Translations under genes and position numbers: made by a program
Part shown: in pieces, positions 36,825 to 48,445 of the stretch
How positions within the stretch are numbered: the stretch's first letter is position 1
Layout: every line of letters begins with the position of its first letter
Notes under the pieces: model-generated
Database searches by the model: none
What the model saw: the letters and a program-made list of their open reading frames with translations, nothing else
Told to the model about the DNA's origin: nothing
Source: Dendrobates tinctorius
Lineage: Eukaryota
Reading direction: 5' to 3'
Assembly (NCBI RefSeq): GCF_039654945.1
Contig: NW_027361728.1
Location: 10,974,001-11,038,000 of the forward strand
DNA: 64,000 bases

Positions 36825-38461
36825 CAGTTGTGGCCAAAAGTATTGACACCCCTGCAATGCTGTCAGATAATATTCAGTTTCTTCCTGAAAATGATTGCAA
36901 ACACAAATTCTTTGGTATTATTATCTTCATTTAATTTGCATTAAATGAAAAAACACAAAAAGAATTGTCCTAAAGCCAAATTGGATATAATTCCACACCA
37001 AACATAAAATAGAGGGTGGACAAAAGTATTGGCACTGTTCGAAAAATCGTGTGATGCTTCTCTAATTTGTGTAATTAACAGCACCTGTAGCTTACCTGTG
37101 GCACCTAACAGGTGTTGGCAATAACTAAATCACACTTGCAGCCAGTTGACATGGATTAAAGTTGACTCAACCTCTGTCCTGTGTCCTTTTGTGTACCACA
37201 TTGAGCATGGAGAAATGAAAGAAGACCAAAGAACTGTCTGAGGACTTGAGAAACCAAATTGTGAGGAAGCATGAGCAATCTCAAGGCTACAAGTCCATCT
37301 CCAAAGACCAGAATGTTCCTGTGTCTACCGTGCGCAGTGTTATCAAGAAGTTTAAAGCCCATGGCACTGTGGCTAACCTCCCTAGATGTGGACGGAAAAG
37401 AAAAATTAACAAGAGATTTCAACGCAAGATTGTGCGGATGTTGGATGAAGAACCTCGACTAACATCCAAACAAGTTCAAGCTGCCCTGCAGTCAGAGGGT
37501 ACAACAGTGTCAGCCCGTACTATCCGCCGGAGTCTGAATGAAAAGGGACTGTATGGTAGGAGACCCAGGAAGACCCCACTTCTTACCCCGAGACATAAAA
37601 AAGCCAGGCTGGAGTTTGCCAAAACTTACCTAAAAAAGCCTAAAACGTTTTGGAAGAATATTCTCTGGTCAGATAAGACAAAAGTAGAGCTTTTTGGGCA
37701 AAGGCATCAACATAGAGTTTACAGGGGAAAAAAAAGAGGCATTCAAAGAAAAGAACACGGTCCCTACAGTCAAACATGGCAAGGTTCCCTGATGTTTTGG
37801 GGTTGCTTTGCTGCCTCTGGCACTGGACTGCTTGACCGTGTGCATGGCATTATGAAGTCTGAAGACTACCAACAAATTTTACAGCATAATGTAGGGCCCA
37901 GTGTGATAAAGCTGGGTCTCCCTCAGAGGTCATGGGTCTTCCAGCAGGACAATGACCCAAAACACACTTCAAAAAGCGCTAGAAAATGGTTTGAGAGAAA
38001 GCACTGGAGACTTCTAAGGTGGCCAGCAATGAGTCCAGACCTGAATCCCATAGAACACCTGTGGAGAGATCTAAAAATGGAAGTTTGGAGAAGGCACCCT
38101 TCAAATATCAGGGACCTGGAGCAGTTTGCCAAAGAAGAATGGTCTAAAATTCCAGCAGAGCATTGTAAGAAACTCATTGATGGTTACCGGAAGTGATTGG
38201 TCACAGTTATTTTGGCTAAAGGTTGTGCAACCAAGTATTAGGCTGAGGGTGCCAATACTTTTGTCTGGCCCATTTTTGGAGTTTTGTGTGAAATGATCAA
38301 TGTTTTGATTTTTGCTTCATTCTCTTTTGTGTTTTTTTCATTTAAGACAAATTAAATGAAGACAATAATACCAAAGAATTTGTGTTTGCAATCATTTTCA
38401 GGAAGAAACTGAGTATTATCTGATAGAATTGCAGGGGTGTCAATACTTTTGGTCACAACTG
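36825..38461 (+). mobile_element. Tc1 (DD34E) element, copy B, full length
   Basis: TA TSD at 36823-36824 and 38462-38463. Same TIRs as copy A. Confidence 0.97.
37207..38241 (+). pseudogene. Tc1 transposase (copy B)
   Basis: Stop at codon 4, a compensated frameshift at ~37730-37780, and premature TGA at 38194. Confidence 0.9.
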
Positions 38462-38616
38462 TATATTCTAGAAAACCCGATGCGTTAGAATCGGGCCACC
38501 ATCTAGTTATTAGATACGTATTTTGATCATATTATCATTTTTATGAAGCAGATCTGGTCATGAGTATTTTTGTGATGAGGGAGGGTCCAACCTAAAGATA
38601 TCAACATTCTTCATTA

Positions 38617-39812
38617 CAGTGTGTAGAATTATTAGACAGCTTGTTTTCTTCAGGAGAAATGGGCCAAAAAAGAGACTTAACCGACTGAAAAGTTAAAAAT
38701 TGTTACAAATCTTACAATGGGATGCAGCACTTTTGAAAATGACGATATTGGGGCGTTATCATAAAACCATCAAATCTTTTGTTGCAAGTAGTCAACAGGG
38801 TTGCAAAGAACATGTTGAGAAGAAAAAGGCGCATATTAACTGCCAAAGATTTGAGAAGAATCAAACGTAGGAGTAAAGCATTCAGGAACCCGTTATCCTA
38901 AAATGCTGTAATATTCCAGAACAGCAACATCCCTGGAGTGCTCAGAAGAACAGGATGCTCAGTGCTCAGAGACACGGCCGAGGTAAGGAAGGCTGAACCC
39001 CGACCACCACTGAACAAGACACATACTGTATATACTCGAGTATAAGCCGACCCGAATATAAGCCGAGGCACCTAATCTTGCCACAGAAAACTGGGTAAGC
39101 TTATTGACTCGAGTATAAGCTGGGTATGCATTGTCGCCTCATCCCTGTCCTGCTGTGTGTGTCTCTCCCCTTCCTGTCCTGGTATGTGTGGCTCTCCATG
39201 TTATATGCATGGCTCATCCCTCCTCCCATCCTTGTATGCATGGCTCACCCCCCTCCCATCCTTGTATGCATGGCTCACCCCCGTCCCACCGTTATATGCA
39301 TGGCTCACACCCCGTCCCATCATTGTATGCATGGCTCACCCCCCCGTCCCATCATTGTATGCATGGCTCATCCACCCCCATCCTACTCACCTTCCTGGCG
39401 CCGTTCCTGCATCTCCTTCCTGACGCCGGCAGCTCTTCCTGTGCTGAGCGATCACGTGGTACCGCTCATTAAGATAATGAATATGCACTCCACAACTATG
39501 GGAGTGAACGCGTGCATATTCATTACCTTAATGAGCAATACCACGTGACCGCTGAACACAGGGGAAGAGCTGCTGGAGCCAGGACAGAGATGCAGGGACG
39601 GAGATGCAGCGACGGATGGTGAGTATGACGTTTTCTTGAAGCTGCCGGCTCCTGCTGCTGCTCCACTGCTCCCCCTTCCCCGCCGGCATTCTGGACAATG
39701 ACTCCTGTATAAGCCGAGGGGGGTGTTTTCAGCACAAAAAAATGTGCTGAAAATCTCGGCTTATACATGAGTATATACAGTAAGTTCACATGTTAAGACT
39801 TGGTCAAGAAAT
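38617..39812 (+). mobile_element. Old 5' fragment of the Tc1-like family seen at 56839-58395, interrupted by a MITE
   Basis: ATGGGCCAAAAAAGAGAC and AGGTAAGGAAGGCTG match 57057-57460. Confidence 0.7.
39026..39780. mobile_element. Tc1/mariner-superfamily (Tc2/pogo-like) MITE with internal ~30-bp minisatellite
   Basis: TA-CTGTATATACTCGAGTATAAGCCGA ... TCGGCTTATACATGAGTATATACAG-TA. Repeats CCCATCCTTGTATGCATGGCTCAC at 39200-39385. Confidence 0.85.
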
Positions 39813-39814
39813 GG

Positions 39815-40510
39815 ATAGTCAAGCAGTTGAGTTCTTTGATGCATGTAATAGAGCCTTGCCATGCATAAAAAAAAAAAAAATCAGGTTGGGCACAGCGGTC
39901 TGAGCGGTAAGCAGTCCTCATCATCACTAGGCACTTTCTACTCTTTTTACCTGTGCATTAGTCACTATAATCTATTTTTACTTGTTATTATTTATTTGTG
40001 CCTTGCTGGTGTTCTTACCAATTTCCTCCATTAGGCTTGCTTTTTCCTATGAATTATAATCATATTTATTTATGGATTAAACCTATTAACTTATTTATTT
40101 GGGGCATTGTTGCAATATCATTATACCTGGTACTGCTTTATTTATAACATTATTTATCACTATTTACCATTTTGTTACTTTACTTATGGTATATTTTCCA
40201 GTACCAGGTATTTTGCATCAATCTTCCTTCGTGCAATATTTATTCTTCTGGCTGCTATTTGAATCCTGTATTATACTCAGATATGTAATTATTTTCCGCT
40301 CGTCACACTTATCTGTTGAGAGTATTTTATGTTATTATAAATTTGATTACTATAATAAATATGTAAAAAATATACTTCTGTTGTGTTTCCTCTATATAGG
40401 TTTGCTAGTCTTCCACAGGTTTCATGACTATTTCTGTTATTTCTACATATATACTAATTTTTTAGAAAGATGGAGACTTAATCCTGGACCACTGCTTGAA
40501 GAAAGTTTCT
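39815..40510 (+). mobile_element. T-rich insertion, possible PLE pseudo-LTR
   Basis: GGTAAG donor near 39906, a long T-rich tract and AATAAA near 40354. Same layout as 46263-47080. Confidence 0.4.
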
Positions 40511-40519
40511 TCTAAAAAC

Positions 40520-41325
40520 TGTCAGTAGGTTTGAGGTTTATTTTAAGTCCACTTCCAACCTGAAAAGGTCAAACTAGCTCCTCATTAATAATACCACCCC
40601 ACAGCAGTATCCCACCTCCACCTTGCTGGCGTTTGAGTTGAAATGTAAGTCTGCATCTACTACTGATCCAGCCACAGGCCTATCCATCTCGCCCGTCAAT
40701 AGTCAGTCTCATGTCATCAGTCCATATAACTTTTGAAACAAACTGTTGCAGATATTTCTTGGCCCATTCTTAACATTTCAACTTCTTTGCCTTGTTTAGT
40801 GGTGGTCGGGTTTCAACCCACCTTGGAGGTTGTAGTTCTGGAGTATGACAGCACTGGAGGATAATGGGTTTCTGGTCGCTTCATATTTGATTCTTCTCAA
40901 CTCTTTGGCTGTTAATGTGAGTCTTTTTCTCTCAAAATGTTATTTGTGGTATTGTTTTTTTTGCTCATTTATATAGTACAATTAATTAACATTGCTTTAC
41001 AGACATCAGCATTACTATCCCCATTGGGTTGACATTAACAATTTGCAACAAAGCATTTGATAGCTCTGTGATCACATCATATCTCTTGGAATTTCAAGAC
41101 TGCTGCATCCCTCTGTAAAACATTTTACAGTGTTTGACTTTTCAAAGTTAACTATCTTTTGGCCCATTTTGCCTGAGGAAAGCAAGCTGCCTAGTAATTC
41201 TGCACACCTTTATAAAGGACCCTCCATCATTACACATCACCTGATCTGCTTCACACCAATAAACACTCAAAATTATACAGCTTGGAATTTGAAAATATCC
41301 ATAAAAATTATATTATAAAGAGACA
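40520..41325 (-). mobile_element. Old fragment of the same Tc1-like family, inverted
   Basis: TTTTTGGCCCATTTTGCC at 41156-41173 is the inverse of the start codon region. TTCTGCACAC terminal motif. Residual similarity to 57057-57700. Confidence 0.65.
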
Positions 41326-41332
41326 GAGTTAA

Positions 41333-42984
41333 AGCAGATGTGTCACCAAATGTCACAATACAAACAGCATATGTAAATTAACCTCCTAGACCTGTTGAGG
41401 CTGATATACTTGCTTTTATATTAGACAGGCAGTACAATGTTTTGTTTTTTTGATTTGTTCCATTTTTTGTTAATCTCCATTCAACCAGCTAGCTCCTAAG
41501 TGTTCTCCTCCCTGCTGCTGCTGAAATCTCACACTCCTCAGTACAGGCTGCAGCAGTTAGGCTGGCTGGGTGAAGACTGAATTCATGAGCTATTTAACTC
41601 TTTATCTTGACTAATTAAAAATGCTCATTGAAATAATCAGGATTATACAGCAATTCAAATGTCACGGTCACGTGTGTCTGGACGCAGCGAGTACCGCAAG
41701 GCGAACCCATAAGGCACCCGTGACCCTGGATACAGCACCTCCAGTGGGGCGAATTTAAATAATAAAACGTGCAGCTGGATACACCGCCTCCAACTGGTGA
41801 ATTTAGGTATTACACGTTATACATACAGTAGTCTGGAAACCCCGCCTCCAGTAAGGCGAATTTAAATAATAAAGGGGAACCTGGGTAACATTAACAATGG
41901 TGGGCCCTGCAATAGGGAATAGGGAAGTGGAGACCTCCTGTACTCCCCTGAGCCAGTGTCCCTGCACTCCTAACGTTCCCTATGCCGGTTCCGCACCGGG
42001 CGACGCACAGGAACCTAAAAACCCTAGCTCGCCCTGAACCTAAACCCTCACTAGGGAATTGGTCGGTGCGGAAACTAATCCCACCACTGCACTAAAACAC
42101 ACATGAGGGAAAATGACAATACAGGGGAAACACCACTTAGCTTCGCTCTGTTGCGTACGCTCCTAGCAACAGAGCCCACCACCTGTGTGCATCTTCTCCT
42201 CCACCCGGATCCATCACCATAACTGGATCCTTCACCATAGTGCAACCTTGGAGCAGAGTCCACCACCAGTTGCAGCTGCCCAGTAAACAGAGTCCCAAAG
42301 ATGAATCCAGCTTCTGCCAAAAAGTCCAGCATGCTTGAGTCCAACTTTTCTGCCAATAAGTCCAGCATGCTTGAGTCCAGTTTTCAGCAACCAAGTCCAG
42401 CATGCTGAGTGCAACTCTCACCATAGTCGCCACTCCACCAAGCCATGCAAGCACTTCCCACCGACACCATAAACTGCGACTCCACCACGCCATGCCAGCC
42501 CTTATTCCAGACACATTGTTGAACTCCACCAATCCATGCCAGCACTCCATGCAGACTCCATAGCTGACTCAACCCCTCTGGCTGGGCTGCGCAGGACTCA
42601 TGTTCAGCTCCTTCTTTCACCCAGCTTTCCATGTGAATGACTAACACACGATATCACCAACAGTGATTGAACCCACCTGGCTCCCTTTTATAGAGCCTAA
42701 CACCTGATTTGTAATTAAGTGCACATTAAACCAAAGAAACTAAAGTGCACTACCGCTCGCCACCACCGGGGCAACTTAGAATGAACGACACCATGTGTAA
42801 TAATTCTAATGGCCACGGGGGCAATCACATCACTTTGGCACCTAGTCAAAGGAAAAAAGTTCACTTATCCATTTAAACTGTCAGATCCATGCTGGATCAT
42901 GACATCAAATGTGGCTTTTAAATCTAACTCATCAGGTCCAGAAGATTCATTTAACAACATATCTAGTTAGAATCCTGATTCACT
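41333..42984. mobile_element. Old Kolobok/T2-like MITE split by a solo LTR
   Basis: TTAA-AGCAGATGTGTCACC ... TGATTCACT-TTAA. 41370-41402 is an imperfect inverse of 42927-42960. Confidence 0.55.
41660..42904 (-). mobile_element. Solo LTR (Gypsy-type)
   Basis: TGTCACG...CATGACA termini and 5-bp TSD TCAAA at 41655-41659 and 42905-42909. TATAAAA on the minus strand near 42690. Confidence 0.88.
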
Positions 42985-42988
42985 TTAA

Positions 42989-43476
42989 AGGGAACCTGTC
43001 ACCAGAAAAATGCTATTAACCTGCAGTTATATAGTTAATCTACAGGTTAATAGCGTTACTAACCTGCCCGGTGCTAGCATTTAGCCAAACGCTGTGGGGA
43101 GAAAATTAACTTTAATTCCCCCTGCATAGTTTTGCTTTCAGTCATGGGGTGCGCCAGCGCGGGTTCAGTCACCGCTCTGAATATACACCACTCTGAGTAT
43201 GCAGAGCGGTGGCTATACCACGCCTCCAGCCCTGACTGACTCTGGCTCTACATTGGGACCGTCTGCTTGTCAGGGAGGTTTGGTTACAGCCGTCATTCTG
43301 TGTGCTCAGAGTGGTAACGGAGCCCGCACCAGCACCGCCCCCGTGACTGAAACTGGAATAAATTTCAATTTCTCCAATCTGCGTTCGGCTAAGTGCTGGT
43401 GTCGGGAAGGTTAATAACGCTATTAACCTGCAGATTAACCCTATTAACCAGCAACTTTTCTGGTGACAGGTTACCT
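42989..43476. mobile_element. Kolobok/T2-family MITE
   Basis: TTAA-AGGGAACCTGTCACCAGAAAA ... TTTTCTGGTGACAGGTTACCT-TTAA. Confidence 0.9.
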
Positions 43477-43958
43477 TTAAATGTCTATTTACAAGAATTG
43501 CTTTGAGATTTCCTTTGCAATTTTTTTTAAATTTGTAGAAAAATCACCTAATTTTGGAAAAACTTCTGCAATTTTACTCAAACTGTATTTCTGCAACAAG
43601 ATTGTTATATGCAAAAATCACACTTTTTCATAGAACAGTGCTCGTCACTCTGTAAAGAAAAACATTTTTAAATTACACAGTTTTTGCTTCTTCTATTTCA
43701 GAACCCATCTGTATTTCTCCAAATCTTGAAAGCCTCAATTTAGGTGGACTAAAAGGAAAATATGTAGGCCTGATTACCAATACAACCTAACTTGTTTTCT
43801 CAAACACACTCTGGGGATAACTAGACTACCATGACCTTAGGGCATAATTAAGCAAAGCAAAGTTATATGTATAAAAAAGAGGAACACATGGTAAATGAGT
43901 TTAAACATCTCCTGCTCGTGGTGACTTAGATGAATCACATGTCCCATGCTAACAGTAA

Positions 43959-44364
43959 GGGCCCTTTTACATTTAGCGATGCACCAGCGATCCGACCAGC
44001 GATCCGACCCGGTCAGGATCGCTGGTGCATCGCTAAATGATCGCTAGTGAGCTTTCATACAGAAAGACCTCACAGCGATTCAGCAGCGACGCAGCGGACG
44101 ATACTTACCATTCACACACAGCGATGAAGACGTCCTCCCGCCCGCCTCCAGCGTCGCTCGTCGTCACAGCAGGAAGTCTCAGCAGGAAGCGCCCGACGAG
44201 AAATGGAGCCGGACATTCTCGCGCGATCAGCGATGGACAGCGGGGTAGCCGGTCGCTGGTAAGTATCACACATAGCGATATCGCTAGCAATATCGCTATA
44301 ACGTCACAAAATCCTTGACGTTTTAGCAATATTGCTAGCGATATCGCTTAGTGTAAAACCCCCT
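43959..44364. mobile_element. PIF/Harbinger-type MITE
   Basis: TAA TSD at 43956-43958 and 44365-44367. Termini GGGCCCTTTTACA and TGTAAAACCCCCT, with AGCGAT repeats. Confidence 0.82.
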
Positions 44365-44664
44365 TAAGTAATAGAGATGAGCAGATCGTTCAAAATGCCA
44401 GCTTTGTCGAATTTTGCCAAAAAATTAAATTTGCAGTAGCTTTGGCTCTGGATGGTAAATAACAGAAACACAGCAGCATCAGATTTATTAAGCTACTTAA
44501 ATTGTATAAATGGTCTAAAAATTATCCCCTTTTAGGGGCAGAAGTCTAGTTTGCTGGTGTTTATACACAAGTGGTGCAAAGAGAAGAAACTGTGGCTGTT
44601 TCACACTGGGTGGTGCAAAAATGACCTATGTTTGAAGAGTTTCAAGAGCCCTTTTCTTTGTTTG

Positions 44665-45015
44665 AATGGGTTGTCCAGACTTAAAACAACAAAATGTGCA
44701 GTCACTCTATGTGACTGCAGACTTGTGAATCCTCACATCACAAATACTTCACACTGTGAGGATTCTTCGTTATCAGCCCTGACCACAAGTATGTGATGTT
44801 CTTACCACATTCCTAGTAGACTGTTTCGGCCTTGCTCAATATGCTTTCTTTGAGCAAGGCCAAACCCATTTAGTTGGAAAGTTGCCAGGAGTATGCATAC
44901 TTGAGGTCAACATTTCAGCTGTTTCTGGCGTTGACACCGGGGAATCCTCACAGCGCACAGTGAACATGATGTGAGCATTCACAAGTCTGCAGTCAAGTAG
45001 AGTTACTGAAGACAA
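44665..45015. mobile_element. Decayed Kolobok-like MITE (related to 49900-50255)
   Basis: GTGACTGCAGACTTGTGAAT / ATTCACAAGTCTGCAGTCA inverted pair. Confidence 0.65.
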
Positions 45016-46213
45016 CGACATTGAAGAAGCAGCAAAAGTTTTTTTTTACATGCCACCCAAAAATTATTTATTTAGAGACCAAACCAGGTGGCTTGTCAAC
45101 TACTTATGACAAAATTATCCACAACAGGTAAACAGTGTGCAGTCAGGAAATGTATGAAAGGTGTGGCTGTGGAAGTGACAGAAGTCAGGCAGCAAAGAAT
45201 TCGGATGGGCAGTGAGGGATTGCACAAACACTTTTCTATGGATTTTTCTTTGCAGTAATCTGTTGAAGAAAGAAATACAGGAGCGCTACCTAAGCACAAT
45301 AAAAGATGTAAAAAAAATAGATGTGTGGGTGATATATAAGTGCTCACCTGGAGGCGTAGTGCAGTAGGCACAACACTAGATTGCACTTAGCACCTTAATG
45401 GGATCCTTCATTGTGGTATGCTACCGATCAGTAATGCGTGAAGCTGTGCTGGTCCTGCCGTGGAAACAAGTCCAAGTAGTGGTATATTGATGAAAATTCC
45501 AAGTGTGTGGTCCAATTTGGTCTCCAGCTGAATAACTGTACTCGAGGGAACACTGCTATTTCAAAAGGTTTGGTTTATTCACAACGGTTACAAGCAGAGG
45601 TGTAGCTATAGTTTTGGTTTGGGGGGGGGGCGAAACGTCTGAGTGGGCCCCTAACCAGGTAACCTTGATTACAACTTGGTGACGCACCTTAATAGTTGAG
45701 GAGAACTTCAGCAGATGACCGTGCTGTTGCTGAACATAATCTCTATACAATGAACAACATTAATATTTTCGCCATATGGTCAGTGGTAGATACCAGTCCT
45801 ATGGAACATATAAGAGATCACAGTACAGTTACAGATAGTGACTTACAGAGGACATCCTTTCTGATGGAATTGTTCACTTTTCACATCTTTTCCAGACCGA
45901 CACAACAACTTCTTCCAGCCAGGACTCGGCTGCAGAGATTACAGCAAAGACGCATTTCACGTCTCATATTTTCAGCACCGTCACCATCTATCCCCAACCT
46001 ACACAAGCTCCTTATCCTGCTGATACCCCAATGCTGAGGCAGTGCTGCCATATGTGTCCTTATTACCGCACCTGCTGTGTGGTTCTGTGTGCCCTCTAAA
46101 TTCTAAAGCAACCCTCCAGAATATAGCAATGCTGAGTGCAAGTGCCTTAGAAAACAATGCCCATATTTTGCCCCTAGAAACCAAGAAAGTAATAATGCCT
46201 TGTGTGCCCCTTT

Positions 46214-47080
46214 GCAAAGCACATCCCAATACGCATTTCTGTTTACTCCTTCGTCAGGAGTAAAGGAGTAAACCAAAACGCACGTCGGGGTGTGCTTTGC
46301 ATCCACCACTATCGCCCCCTCAGGTAATATGCTTTTTATGGCTTAGTATTTAATGCCTATGTCTGCCTTAAGTCTATGGTATTTGTAGTTTTTCATCTTG
46401 CAGCTTTTAATTTTTATGGGACTCATTGGTGTGCAATTTATCTTTTACTACCCATTCACTTTATTGCAAAAACTTTCTTTAGATATTTTGTATATTTTGG
46501 TTCTTTGTGCACTGTTAGCCTCTTGTTATATATATATTATAACCTTTTGAACACTACATATTTTTTAATTGTTTTTTATATTATTCACAGTGATATAATG
46601 ATCTGTTTTAACACTGTATTCCAGTTTGCATATATTTTTTTGTTTCACTATGCACTTTGGCACTTGTTGCACTTTGTGTAGGTATTGCACTCTGGCACTT
46701 TATTTGTCCTATATTGCTGCTGTTGTATTTGGCGGTCCATCATTTTAATATATTCTTTATGTAATTGAGTCATTGGTTTAAAGCGGTGTTTTATATATAA
46801 TAATTTTTCATTTATTTATGCTTGTTATCATTTTTATTTATTTGCAAGCACTTCTGAATTTATAGTACAACCTACCACTATCAATAAAGGTATTTTAATT
46901 CACTCCTTGTTCTTCTTATATTTTATCTGTCCAAGTAAATTCTTTTGGTTTCACTATTTCCGAATGGTCAGCCATTTTTTTTGACACAGCAATGGATTTC
47001 TTATTATTTTTTATTTTTAATTATATTATATATTTGCTATAGATCACTTGGGTGATTTCTATCCCTTGTTGTGTCTCCTA
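46214..47080. mobile_element. PLE pseudo-LTR with inverted hammerhead-containing arm
   Basis: 38-bp inverted arms at 46214-46251 and 46263-46300, CAGGTAAT donor at 46321, T-rich tract and AATAAA near 46883. Confidence 0.65.
46221..46258 (-). ncRNA. Degenerate minimal type I hammerhead ribozyme motif
   Basis: Minus strand reads CCTGACGAAGGAGTAAACAGAAATGCGTATTGGGATGT (CUGANGA and GAAA boxes). The plus-strand arm retains ...CGCACGTCGGGG. Confidence 0.55.
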
Positions 47081-47081
47081 A

Positions 47082-47832
47082 GTTTTAAAGTACTACATCT
47101 AGGCAATAAAAATGAAAAAAGCATATACAGATTGGGAGGAATAGGGCTAAGCAACAGCACATGTCAAAAAGACTTGGGTATAATAATAGATCACAGACTG
47201 AACATGAGTCAACAGTATGATGCAGCAGCAAAAAAGGCAAAAACAATTCTAGGATGTATGAATAGAAGCATACAGTCTAGATCAGTCATTATTGCCCTCT
47301 ACTCCTCTTTGGTCAGACCTCATCTAGAATACTGTGTTCAGTTTTGGGCACAACATTTTTAAAAAAGACATCAACAAACTGGAGCAAGTTCAGAGATGAG
47401 CAACCAGAATTGTGACCGGTCTGCAAACCATGCCCTATGAGGAACGATTGCAGAATTTGGGAATGTTTAACTAGCAAAAGAGAAGATTGAGAGGAGACTT
47501 AATAGCTGTCTACACATATCTGAATGGCTGTCACATTGTAGAAGGATCATCTTTATTCTCATTTGCACAAGGAAAGACTAGAAGCAATGGGATGAAACTG
47601 AATGGGAGGAGACACAGATTAGATATTAGAAAAAACTTTCTGACAGGGTGATCAATAAGTGGAACAGGCTGCCATGAGAGGTGGTGAGTTCTCCTTCCAT
47701 GGATGTCTTCAAACAGAGGCTGGACAGACATCTGTCTGGGATGATTTAGTGAATCCTGATTTGAGCAGGGGGTTTGGACCAGATGGCCCAGGAGGTCCCT
47801 TCCAACTCTACCATTCTATGATTATGATTCTA
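47082..47832 (+). mobile_element. CR1 LINE 3' fragment
   Basis: KVLHLG, KDLGI, LYSSLVRPHLEYCVQFW and RLRGDLI motifs, with a tail ATTCTATGATTATGATTCT. Confidence 0.92.
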
Positions 47833-47834
47833 AT

Positions 47835-48445
47835 GCATCCCCCACAGGAAGACTCTATATAGTATAATGCACGTCCCATAGGCAGACTGTATAGTATAAT
47901 GCACACCCCATAGGCAGACTCTATATTGTATAATGCACACCCCATAGGCAGACTCTATATTGTATTATGCACGTCCCATAGGCAGACTCTATATTGTATT
48001 ATGCACACTCCATAGGAAGACTATTGTATAATGCAGCCCTTATAGGCAGACTTTATATTGTATAATGCACCCCCATAGGGAGACTCTATATTGTATAATG
48101 TATCCCCCATAGGCAGACTCTATATAGTTTAATGCACACCCATTGGGAAGACTTTATATGGTATAATGCTCCCCCATAGCCATACTCTATGTTGTAAAAT
48201 GCATGCCAAATATGCAGACTCCATATAGTATAATGCGCCTCCATAGACAGACTCTATAGTATAATGCACCCCCCATAGACACTCTATATGGTATAATGCA
48301 GTCCCCATAGGCAGATTCTGCATAGTATAATGCATTCCCCATAGGCAGACCCTATATTGTATAATGCACTCCCCATTGGCAGACTCTTTATAGTATAATG
48401 CACTCACCAAAGGCAGACACTATATAGTATAATGTACCCCCATCA
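47835..48445 (-). repeat. ~35-bp minisatellite (CCCCATAGGCAGACTCTATATAGTATAATGCA)n
   Basis: Reverse complement of the 3535-6460 unit. Confidence 0.92.

Larger units (their letters stand above)
35466..38506 (+). mobile_element. Non-autonomous Helitron with nested Tc1
   Basis: A|TC 5' end at 35465/35466. 3' hairpin CCCGAT-GCGTTAGA-ATCGGG followed by CTAG|T at 38503-38507. No TSD. Confidence 0.88.
45595..48445 (-). mobile_element. Second copy of the satellite-bearing element at 3535-7809, interrupted by PLE and CR1
   Basis: Begins CAGAGGTGTAGCTA. 46080-46212 is the inverse of 7335-7470. Satellite at 47835-48445. Confidence 0.65.

Noticed and set aside
40099-40515. Hydrophobic ORFs resembling membrane proteins (also 46376-46681)
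   Set aside because: T-rich low-complexity tracts with no recognisable domain.
44372-44450. TAGAGATGAGC as the missing end of hAT copy 2
   Set aside because: Wrong side and orientation. It is only a short terminal fragment of a related family.
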